Shown here: positions 1-10,827 of the stretch, piece after piece | Position numbering within the stretch: the stretch's first letter is position 1 | Layout of the letters: the number at the start of each line of letters is the position of its first letter | Assembly: GCA_910592345.1 (NCBI GenBank) | Contig: CAJVPI010000018.1 | Location: 62,001 to 85,205 of the forward strand | Length of the DNA stretch: 23,205 nt | DNA from: Paraglomus brasilianum | Taxonomy: Eukaryota | Direction of reading: 5' to 3' | Position numbers and translations under genes: made by a program | The notes under the pieces: generated by a model | What the model saw: only the letters and a program-made list of their open reading frames with translations | Told to the model about the DNA's origin: nothing | Database searches by the model: none

Positions 1-1585
1 GCACCGCATTGAATTCTAAGGTTTGTCTTTTTCTTTCTAGGATCTATTTAGGAATTCTCTTACACAATTTATTTAACTATTAAACGGAAACTATAGATTG
101 TTTCGCAATACTCCGGCCTTCTTGCTCCTATTGCTGTAGATTCAGTTCTTCGTGTAATCGACACGACAACAGCTACAAATGTCGACTTGAAAGATGTCCG
201 CATAGTAAAGAAAGTTGGGGGCACTATAGATGATACCGAGTTGGTTGATGGTTTAGTCTTAGCCCAAAATGTGATCAAGAGTGCCGGTGGGCCGACACGC
301 ATCGAGAAAGCAAAGATTGGTCTCGTTCAATTCCAATTATCACCACCAAAACCAGATGCAAGTATAATTGATTCTATTAGACATTGTTTATTATAGAAAT
401 GCGCTTAACTGTTAACTATTTTATTATCCGCTTATTAGATGGAGAATCAACTCGTTGTAAACGATTACCGATTGATGGACAAAATTCTAAAAGAAGAACG
501 ACAATATCTGCTAAACATGTGCAAAAAAATAAAGAGAGCCGGATGTAATGTATTGTTTATTCAAAAATCTATCCTCAGAGATGCCGTCAATGACTTGTCG
601 CTGCATTTCTTGGCCAAATTGAAGATTTTAGTAATTAAAGACATTGAAAGAGACGAGATAGAATTTATCTGCAAGGTTGAGTTTTTTCAGCGGTTTGCTT
701 TCTTTGTTTTTGTTTGATCAATTCACGTATATATGTTGCATGCATCATCGATCTAACTTTATTGGCTGTTATAGAGCACGGGCTGTAAACCAATTGCGGA
801 TATAGAATCCTTTTCAGAAGAGAAGCTTGGCTATGCAGAACTTGTTGACGAAGTTCAAACGTCGGGCGCTCGTGTGGTCAAAGTCACTGGAGTAAAGCAT
901 AACGGAAGGACGGTCTCCGTGTTGATTCGTGGAGGCAATCAATTAGTGCTTGAAGAAGCCGAGCGATCCTTGCACGATGCACTTTGTGTAGTACGATGTC
1001 TAGTTAAAAAGAAGTAGGATTCATATGTGGCTCATTTATAGATACGTTCTGAAACAAATACTGACCCGCTTCTGGTATACTGCAGAGCATTGATCGCTGG
1101 CGGAGGAGCTCCAGAGATTGAAGTATCGCAAAAGTTGCTTACATATGCGAAAACGCTTAAAGGGATGGAAGCATATTGTTTTGAAGCGTTTGCTGAAGCA
1201 CTCGAGGTCATTCCGACGACATTGGCAGAAAATGCTGGACTTAATCCAATTGCGATAGTTACGGAATTACGAAATCGACACGCAAAAGGAGAGACAACAG
1301 CCGGCATTAACGTTCGAAAGGTTCGTGCTAAACAGTCTATATATAGCAGTATCACAATAATGTTTCTATATAAACTTGTAATACTTTTCAGGGCACCATA
1401 ACCAATATTCTTGATGAGAACGTGATTCAACCCTTGCTTGTGTCGACGAGTGCGATAGAACTGGCAGCAGAAACAGTCAAAATGCTTTTAAAGATTGATG
1501 ACCTGGTAGGCTACGTCATGTTTTTTGAAAGCCTTTGTTGCTTGTCTCTAATTTCAAACGTTATTTACAGGTTCAAACGCGATAA
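1..1585 (+). CDS. CCT4: T-complex protein 1 subunit delta (CCT/TRiC chaperonin), 5'-truncated by the window edge
   Basis: Exons <1-20, 97-357, 439-675, 775-1013, 1086-1320, 1392-1505, 1571-1585 splice in frame. The product includes [95 protein letters not shown] and LKIDDL|VQTR*, which are CCT-delta motifs. Confidence 0.96.
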
Positions 1586-1796
1586 AACTAAATATAGATA
1601 AAAAATTAAGTAGTATGGCAATGGGAGAATCTAATAAAATTTGGGTTAAAAAATATCGAGCCATTTATTAAAATCGTAAATATTACAAATAATGGTTTCC
1701 GGCAATCAACATTTCCTTAAGCACGCAACAGACATCTAATTGATCCCAAAACATTTGTTACGATTTATTGATACCACTTACTATACTAATTAACGT

Positions 1797-4700
1797 TTAA
1801 CCAATGTAAGACGTTCCATCACGGAACTTTGTTCTGAATAAGACATTGGCATTATTAAACATTCCGTCCTTGAGCGACACTACAATAAATTGAGATCCTT
1901 TGAACCGTGATTTTAGTAATTGGCCAATGTTCTGAGTATGAGATAAATCAAGTGCTGCATCTATCTCGTCAAGAATGTACATTGGAGCAGGCTTAAATTG
2001 GAGTAGTGACAAAATAAGAGACAGTGCAATGAGCGATCTACAATAAAATTATAAGCAATAGATCAGTGACTAGTTTTATAATGATTGTTCCAAGGAAGCT
2101 ACAATAAATAAGACATATGTTGTGAAGGTACCTCTGTCCACCGCTAAGCTCAGTCAAACTCTTCTTCTGAACGCCCCCCAGACAGACTTTAACTTCCAAT
2201 CCATCAGTTAAGAGTTTCCCTTCAAGCGGTTGTAGTTTGGCAAAGCTATTAGGTAACAATTCGTTGAATATAGGCCCAAACTCTCTACGAAATTTATAAA
2301 GTTGCGTACGTCATTAAAAATATCAACACCTCAATCTTAGCGAATTTCTTTATATATTAAAATCCACACTCTCTCACATACCCATTGACTTTCTGCCAAG
2401 TCCTTTCCAATGCATCCTTTTTGTAGTCATCAAGTTGCACGATAGTATCTTCTATGCTCTTCTTATCTTTCTTCACCTGTGCAAGCATGTTTTGGAGCGA
2501 TGCTTCCTTCTTCTCAACACTAAACCATAAAACAAACCAATTCTGAGAATGACATCCCGAATTATTGCTGGAAACTCTTCTAATCTTTTCATATCAAACC
2601 TCTCAATCATGTTCATAACCTTCGCATTAACTTTCTTTCTCATTGTGGCATAACGATCTTCCAATTGTCGCAAAGTTGGTTTAGCCTCATTCATATTGAC
2701 GGTTGTGAAATCGTATGGAGTATTAGGTTCACCAAACAAGCTTGATACAAAGTAATCATCATCAGTTATTAATGACAATCGGTATAATACATATGCATAA
2801 CCATTGACAGTTAGACTTACTGTTTCTTCTGCGAAATCCATTCCAAATCATCTTCCATTTTCTTGATTGCTCTTTCTGCATCACGCTTTTCTTTCTGTGA
2901 ACGTTCCACTTCATGTAAAATGCTCGACAGTTCTAATTGTATATCAGTCACTTGTGCATTCTTGGCCTCGATTGCAGCACGGAGTTCCTTTATCTCCTCA
3001 TCAAAGGCAAATATCATCTCGCTTTCCTTTTGTAGCTCGTTCTGAGAATTGCTAAGTAGCTCCTATGCGGAAGATAATCAAGGCCAAGCGATAATCAGCA
3101 GAGATCAAACTAATGAAAACAAGCGCGGATATGTTGAAGCAGTACAGACTTGTATGTCAGACAATTCATCTTTTAAAGTGTTTTTATCTTCAGTTAACTT
3201 TCGTATTGTTTCATCTGAAGTTTGAATCTCTTTATCTACGTTTTGTATTTCTTCTTCGGTCTGTTCTAATAAAATGTGCAAGCTTGTTAATCAAAAAGCG
3301 CGTAAGCGGAATAAGTCACCCATAAAATTAAGTCGAAATTACCCATTTCCAATTGTAGCATCTGGACTTCCTGCTGCATGTTTTTTACGCGTTGGTTTTC
3401 ACTGGCAAGCTCTGATTTCCCTTTTGCAACTCTTTTCTAAGAATCAACAACATGAGATATAATAAAATAAATAAAGATGTCATTGAGTATATATCAAACC
3501 GCGCCATATATTACCTCAATCTCTTTTAATTTAGATTCACGATTGTTATGAAATTCATCCATTTCAGCTTCGATCTTCTTACATGTATCAAGAGCATTTT
3601 TTCGTTTTTCGTTTGATGCAACTATAAGCTTCTCTTGATCAATTAGTTGTTGCCTAAGTTCATGTGTTTGATTTATAACCTGTTGATAAATAAAGTAACA
3701 TAATACAAATGTGAGCCGAAAAGCCTTTGCATGTAGCTGTAGTAGTAACGGTAGTAGTGGTAGGAGTAGGTTGACCTTAGAGTTGCTACTGTTTCTCAAA
3801 CGTTCTTCAAGTAATCCGGCTTCATGAATCTTCAAATCCAACTTCTTTTTAAGTTCATTATATTTTGCAATGGTCTTCTGTGCAGCTTGAAGCTCTGCAT
3901 TAATCTTGTCCAACTCCCGTTTGTGTTCATTAATCTCAAACTTAATCTCTCTCAGCCGCTGCATTTTTATCAGTAGACCAGAAGATGTTGGCTTCGATCC
4001 TCCTTGAAGTATGCCTGAAGGATCGTAAACATCACCATCAAGAGTGACTGATCTGGCCTTGACGTTACCGAAGGTTATTTTTTTCGCTGTCTCAGCGTCA
4101 GCACATATAAGAGTGCTACCAAAAGCGTGTTCCATAGCAGGAGCTACTTCTCTATCAGCACTAATAAGTAATAGTGCTAGATCCACTTTTCCAGGTGCTA
4201 ACTTTTTGGCTGCACTGATTTTCTGTTTAAAAATGTTTACATGACAAAATAAGCCATCAGATAAAATCGATAGATGAAATATCAGTCGAGCAATAACTTA
4301 CTGCTGCTGCCAATACATAGGGTCTAATTCTGTTCAAGGGTAGCAAGGTAAACCGCCTTCGTAATTTTCCCTTTTCGAATAATTGAGTTGCAACAACTTC
4401 ATTCTCAACGACCACCTAATTAAATAAAAAATTGGGTGTGATTCATGTTGTCGGATGGTCCATTCAATCATTTAACAATAATCTGACAATTGAAATCCAT
4501 ACATTATACAATCGATCACCCGCGCATATCTCAAGTGCCGTCGAATAGGTCGCCTTGTTTTTGTCAAGTTTTATGAGCTCAGCAACTAACCCTTTGACCT
4601 TTGAACGATCAAAAGAGGGTGCAGGATCTGTATAAGTAAATTCCAACCCGCCCAGCTGCGATGTTAACGAATCCAAATTCTAAATCCAAATTAGGGTAAT

Positions 4701-6862
4701 GTTTGTTTAATGAATCCGGGTTAGGATCTTGTAAATTAAAGAATAGAAAATATGCAATGCTCTATTTATCTACCTCACTAAGTTGGCGAATAATTGCTTG
4801 CTTTTCTGATTTTCTCTTTAGCAAATCAGCTTCAATGGATAGGTCCCAATTCAATCCGTCCAGTGATTCCTGTTAATTCGATCAACAATCATATAGCTGG
4901 TTGAGCGCGATGTTTCGATCATACACCTTAACTGACAAATACCTTCAATTCGTTGACAATCTTCCTAGCCGTTTCCAATTCATTTGTTAATCCTTTGTTG
5001 TCTCTTTGAGCGGCCTTGGCAAGTGGTTCCAACTCCGACAATTTCTTTTTAATATGTGTGACTTGTATTTTTGCTTGTTCTGTCGCTGTTAATGCTTGAG
5101 TTGCTATGCTTTTGGCCTCTGTTTAAGGAATTAAACACAAAAACCTGTTTAAAATAATTCATCGATCACATTAACCTATATATAAACAAAACTAAATAAT
5201 TGCCTTGAAGTTGTTCCATGTATCCGTTCTCATGGCCCTCTTCGGCTGACAAACCAGTTGTTAGAGTTTGTAGTAGTTCTTCTTCTTTCCTTACTTGTTC
5301 TTGTTTAGCATCGTGTGACTTTTTTATTTGTTCAAATTTATTCTGTAGTTTTTCGTATTCAGATTTCTTCTTTGCGAATCCTTGTGTCATCTTGGAAGCA
5401 ACATTGCAAGATTTTTTTTGTAACTCCATCTATGTTTTTGTGTCATAGTAAAACGCAACGATTTACCTCATTCCTGTTGGATATCAGTGACTGTTTATTC
5501 TGCAGTTCTTTATCAATTGATGCTTTTTTCAAGTCGCATTTAGTATTAATGCGTACAACTTCGTTAGAAAGTTCCTTGACGCGTTCTCCCAATGCATTAT
5601 ATTTGCCATTTCCCAATTCCTACAAAGGAAGCGTCAATAAACAACATCAATTCACGGAAAGCAGATGTTGGGAAGGGGTGTACTCGCTTTTTCTTTCTTA
5701 GATGTCGTCTGCTCGATATTGTTCTGCAAGTAATCAATTTCTACTTTCAACTGATTGCTGGACGCGCGTAATCCTTCCAGTCTATCCTTTTTGGTACCAA
5801 AGTCTGCATCTGTTTTTCGCAATTTTTCCTATTATCGGAACGTTAGAAATGCTAGTCTTGTAAACAAAATTGAATGCTGTACACATACCTCATGCTTTTT
5901 GTACTCGTATGCAAAAATCAAATGAGTCAATCGTTCCATTTCAGTTGATATTTTCTGAAATTCTAGGTAAGACCTCTTTTCTGTTCGAAGTTTCTCTAAT
6001 TTTGGCTCAATTTCTTCGTGGAGTAGCTAAGAATTGAATAAATGATTACTGATTATATGTAGAATCTCGCCATACCAGCCTAGGATTTAAATTCCTTACA
6101 GTAGTTATTTCTTCAACTTTTTTTCTCTTTCTTTGCTATTGTCTTCAAGGCCTTTTCCTTTCGATCTTCAAACATTCTAGTTCCTGCTGCCTCTTCAATC
6201 ATGGCAAGAATCTCGGGTGGTTTCATATTAAGTACCTTTGTGATTTTCCCTTGCATAATGAGAAAGTGAGGGTTGTCGATGCTAAGTTGGACAGACTGGA
6301 ATAGAGTCGTAACGTCTTTTTGTTGAGCTTTATGACCATTGACAAGATATTTGCTTTGACCACTCATAATCACCTTAACAAATAAAAAAGAAATTGTAAT
6401 AAGAAAGGAGAAGACAAAAGTAATAATGGAACTCTTTGGATCATTTATTATTACTTGTCGAGTGACGGTTATCTGTTTGAATTGTTCAAATCCAACCGGG
6501 CTTTTGCTATGGTCTTCATTATTGAATATTATTGTTACTGAAGCCTTCGTTATCCCAGCTTGACCGCGTTTATAAATTAAGTCTTGCATATTGTTTGCTC
6601 TGAGCTGGATAACAAGTAATCCGATAAATATAGAGAAGGTAGTCGTCACAATCGATAACAAAGCCCTCATTCTTCATGGCTGATCAATACCGACCTGACC
6701 GAGCTTGGTCATTCCCAAAACGAAACAGATAGCATCTAGCACATTCGACTTTCCAGTTCCGTTAAGACCGGTTATGGCATTAAACTCGGGATCCCAGCCA
6801 GTAATATGGGTACGAACAGCATAAGACTTGAATCCTTCGATAATTAATTCTTCGATACGCAT
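1797..6862 (-). CDS. SMC2: Condensin subunit SMC2 (Cut14/CAP-E family), 19 introns, one apparent +1 frameshift at 6118-6124
   Basis: N-terminal GFKSYA, Walker [29 protein letters not shown], hinge [13 protein letters not shown], signature LSGGQR and Walker [20 protein letters not shown]. All exons join in frame except at the T7 run. The exact 3' end is uncertain: a stop at 1797-1799, or a possible extra short exon after a GTTAAA donor. Confidence 0.95.
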
Positions 6863-6933
6863 TGTTTTAGAGTATATTGTTAAAACAGTAATGGTTAGGT
6901 AAAATATGTTGAGAGAGTGTTGTTAATATGACG

Positions 6934-6972
6934 ACGCGTCGCGTAGAATCAGATAATCAATTAGTCATGTGA
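6934..6972 (-). promoter_or_regulatory. Tandem MCB-like sites (ACGCGACGCGT) plus upstream TCACATGA E-box/CDEI-like site in the SMC2 promoter
   Basis: ACGCGT at 6934-6939 overlaps TCGCGT at 6939-6944, about 72 bp upstream of the ATG. ATCACATGA lies on the minus strand at 6973-6965. Function is inferred from yeast MBF and Cbf1 motifs. Confidence 0.5.
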
Positions 6973-7917
6973 TCTTTGAATCCCTGAAATTATACGATAA
7001 ATAAATTGGCATACGGGTATAATATGGACGGCAATGCCAGTCTTGGTTGTGGTACGTACCAGGGTCTCCGTGCAAAGAGATTCTATTACAAGTTAAACAA
7101 GAATCCAAGTGGGTTTCTTCACAAGTACCAACAGTACAATCCAAACATCTGCGAGAAGTATGATCCATATTATAAATTGATCGTAGCGAAAATGACTGTC
7201 GGGCGAAATTATGCTTCCCGCCTCCTCCCAACTTAATTGCTACTCAGTTTCTTTTATCAGTTAGTCGCAGTTAACAGCGGTGTCGCTCGTATATTTTCTT
7301 CTGTTTACTTGCCTGCATTTATTTTAAGTGAATATAAGTATATATGTATTACGTATTAATAGCTAAGATTGTCTTTTCAGAAGTGAAAGAAGGCAAATCC
7401 GCGGTAATAATTGAATTACGAGGTTTTCTTGTATAACGGGGGAAAAAACACTATAATGCCAAGAATAAAGAAGCTACTATATAGCTTGGAGAACATTTCG
7501 AAGTTTACCAAATGTATTTGTTTTTTATTGTATATCAAGGTTCTGAGCAAAATATAAATTATTGTATAACACTTTGACTGCATCATTATCTAGAACATTA
7601 AATTCAAGAGAGCAACATTCCGCAGCCAATAATTTACCAGACAGCAAGCAGGGTTTCAACGCGCGAAACATAAAGCCTACCAGTATGAATTTTACATGTT
7701 TCATTCAGATACAGAGGAATAGATTACCACAAACGTTACTCAGAGACGCGTTTTTTAAATTTCCAATGTTCATGGCATCCGTCAGGACAACGTCAACTCC
7801 GATTGCGAACCTTACCAGAGTTGTGTACATAACTGCAGAAAACTTATTTAAATCATAAAATGATGTTACAGAAGATATCAGACTGCGAACAGACACTTAT
7901 TGTTCGACTTATTCATC

Positions 7918-8679
7918 TCAGCCATTAACCATAGCTTTTAAAGTAGCTACGACATTTCCTTGATTTTCTTTTAGACATCGATCGGCTACTGCTTTTGTGA
8001 CTTCCATTTCAGATACCTACGATAGGCGAAAATTAATAGACATTCAAGAACCATAGATTTGTGAATTCAAAATCTTATTTATAAACTTACAATAAGGTCT
8101 ATGTCTTCTTTAGATACTGAAATTTTCTCAGATACTTTTTGTCTAGAGAGAGAGAGAGAGGCCTTAACAAGGTTGAAGAAAGAAACATGCAACAAATGTC
8201 ATGCTAAGCGAGAACATTACTTTTGGGTCTTTTGTGATTTTAGTTTCGTAAACTGTTCATTCACAAAGCTCATTGCCTATAAGATACAAAAGCACATAAA
8301 AATGAAACTGCCTAGCTAGCATTCATGAATCCTGTATAAACTCAAAGTGCACCATCCAGCTTGTGTTCCTCACCAACTCTCCTCTCTCTCTTACCTTGTC
8401 TAATTGCGCCTGATCAATGTCCTCACCTTCTCTTTCGGCTACGTATCCAGTAACATGCTGCATATCCTTTTTTGCCATCCCCTTAAATCCCTTTTGCTGT
8501 TCCTCTTGTGCTTGCTGGTCATCGTCCTGTTCTTTTAAATCAGCATTAGGTGGTACTGTTGGTGACTGGGAGGACGTGTGATCTTCTGACTTTGGCGTGG
8601 TTGCAGTCGCTTGTGTTGCTGCCGAAGAGCTTTGAGCAGTAGACGCCTTAGTACCTGATTTCTTTTTCTTGCCCCCCAT
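7918..8679 (-). CDS. HYPK: Huntingtin-interacting protein K homologue (NatA regulator, C-terminal UBA-like domain), ~163 aa
   Basis: Exons 8679-8395, 8276-8221, 8142-8091 and 8016-7918 (492 nt) are in frame. They contain KDMQHVTGYVAERE and the C-terminus ISVSKEDIDLI|VSEMEVTKAVADRCLKENQGNVVATLKAMVNG*, matching the HYPK pattern. Confidence 0.85.
8145..8160. repeat. (AG)8 microsatellite forming the pyrimidine tract of HYPK intron 2
   Basis: AGAGAGAGAGAGAGAG on the + strand reads (CT)8 on the minus strand, directly before the AG acceptor at 8144-8143. Confidence 0.9.
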
Positions 8680-10735
8680 GATGATGTCTGGAATTACGAA
8701 AAAGAACCAACATTTTATTAATTGTCATTTTTCGGTGACACCATGGCTGTCGATCGCCTAAACAAGGAATACATTGATCAAAAGGCAAATGTAAAAGGAA
8801 CTCTTGAGATTTGTGATCTATAACAATTATCGAATAAGAATTACGATATGGAATATAAATTTGATATCGTGTAATAGCAATACGAGACTATCACAAAGGG
8901 ATATTAATCAAACACATCAAGAGCCCAACTCTTTAATTAATTGTTGAAAAAACCGTACACTAAACGAATGAAGTGTATTACATCACAACCCACTAAATAT
9001 TGTTTATCCCTTCAGTAAAAATCTGTGAAGCATGAAAGACCTCAAGCAGATAATTATTGCGGATAACCATAAGGAAATGATAACAGTGTCTAGATGAAGT
9101 TTGATAGTAAAGTGTTTACTAGCCTTTCTATGTAGAGAAAAGACGAATATGATGCTGCGTGCTAGCAGTGAAAATTTGATCTCCCTCTATTAAAACGACG
9201 CTTACTTCATATTTATAATACTGTAGTTTTGGCCGCAACGTTAAAATATTTTTTGTAATTTAACATGCTAAATTCTATTTGCAAGCGAGCATTATTCTGT
9301 CAGTTCTCGGTTCCGTTTTTAAACACGTACTTGTAATCATGATGAAAACGAAATTATCAATTGCTTGCTAATCATGAAGATAATGATCTCACTGTCTATG
9401 AAAATAATGAGCTTGTACAAAAGACGGTCAAGACTTGAATAAATTCTTCGCTGCTGCTAATATTAAGTGCTAATGCTCTAATAATAAGTAAATAGAAATG
9501 TTTTGAGGTTGTTGGATTTAAACGGTTTTTGAACGTCACCTCCAATTTCGTGCTTTGAGTAGAGAAGTTGTTTAGATTACCACAAAACGGCCCAATTTAT
9601 TTTCCGATGATTATCTATGTACCATTTTGATAGATCAGCCCCATTTCTGAAAGAGAGTTTTTTTAGTATTTTGCCATCATCGTCGATGTAAAGGATTAAG
9701 TTACCCAAATAGAGTTAACGGCTGCAGTGAAGATATTAACTGTTGATTATCGGTTACAAACCGTATATAACGCGATAAAGTCTATACGGTTAAAAGATAA
9801 AGCATTGATTTATGCATCCCTGATACACTCCCGTTAATCATCACCGAATAATTAACTTGAACACAGATTCTATATTTAATAAAGCGTATTTACGTTTAAC
9901 CTGTGAATTAAATAAATATAACTGTACTAGGCTTTGTTTTATTGTTTGAAAGGCGTTAATTTTGTACACAAGTGAAAGGGCACGTATCAAATATCGCGGC
10001 TAGCTCATTATTATCAAAAAGCTGAAAAGTCTATGTTCAAAATACATAGACGTGTATGGTATACCAAATAATTTAAAAAAGAATCCCGGTTACACGTATC
10101 TTTAAATAGAATTTTAGTTGATATTAAGTTTATTACGAGGATTTTATCATCAAGATATCTCGCATTGATACAAGAAAAACTATTACATGGCAATATTTAC
10201 TGGCAATATGTTCTTGATAAATTAATGAGGTGCATAAATATATCTTCAAACTATTCTTAATTTCAGTCATTCAGCTTCGGGGACATTTGTGCTGAGCGAC
10301 GGCGTGATCGACGTTTTATCATCGCTTCCCATCCATAGGTACATAATATTATTTATTCGCAAACTTATTATTAACCGAATAACAACGCAAACACGACCCC
10401 ATCTCATCATCACAATTATAACGTATCCGATATTAATTATGACAACATTCGAATTGACACTGAAATTAACAACAATCGTGATTTGATCATCAGATCGTCG
10501 CTCGAATACGCGACTTTCGTCATCCAATCGCGTTTAGATCAGGAGCTTAAGCGAATAATTTTTGCAAGAGTATCAATTTGGTAAGGGACGTCCAAAAAAG
10601 GAGAAACTATGAAATTAAACGTCACTTTTTGATCATAAGACTATTTGAACCAACATAAAGCCGGCCGTTTTATACTGCGATATTCGAATAACTAACTACT
10701 CTCCTAAAAACAAAAAAGCCTATCACACCATATTT

Positions 10736-10776
10736 ACGCGCGTTAATCATCTTTCACGTGTTCTGTCACACGCGTT
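10736..10776 (+). promoter_or_regulatory. ACGCGCGT + E-box (TCACGTGT) + MCB (ACGCGT) cluster upstream of the orphan gene
   Basis: ACGCGCGT 10736-10743, TCACGTGT 10754-10761, ACGCGTT 10770-10776; ATG at 10828. Confidence 0.55.
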
Positions 10777-10827
10777 TATTCCAAACTCGATCTGTTGATA
10801 AATACCACTTTTTGTTCTGTCTAAGCA

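Noticed and set aside
69..1430. Minus-strand ORFs 69-302 and 1032-1430
   Set aside because: Antisense shadows of CCT4 exons.
4512..4530. AGDRLYN instead of AGGRLYN in the SMC2 hinge
   Set aside because: As I recall, an acidic residue occurs here in other SMC2 proteins, so it is not evidence of decay.
4690..4726. TTAGGG / GGGTTAGG telomere-like words in an SMC2 intron
   Set aside because: Isolated single units, not tandem; expected by chance.
5430..5466. Apparent 37-nt ultra-short intron in SMC2
   Set aside because: An in-frame AAG acceptor at 5391 gives a normal 76-nt intron; the short form is unsupported without RNA data.
2863..5701. Several plus-strand ORFs over SMC2
   Set aside because: Antisense to coiled-coil exons, with S/F/L-rich composition typical of shadow frames.
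7562..7896. Overlapping ORFs 7562-7858 (+) and 7705-7896 (-)
   Set aside because: Non-ATG starts and no recognisable motif; they lie in the probable HYPK 3' region.
9336..9412. Repeated ATGA..ATAATGA words with a C-box-like ATGATGA
   Set aside because: No suitably placed CTGA D box or terminal stem; AT-rich chance similarity.
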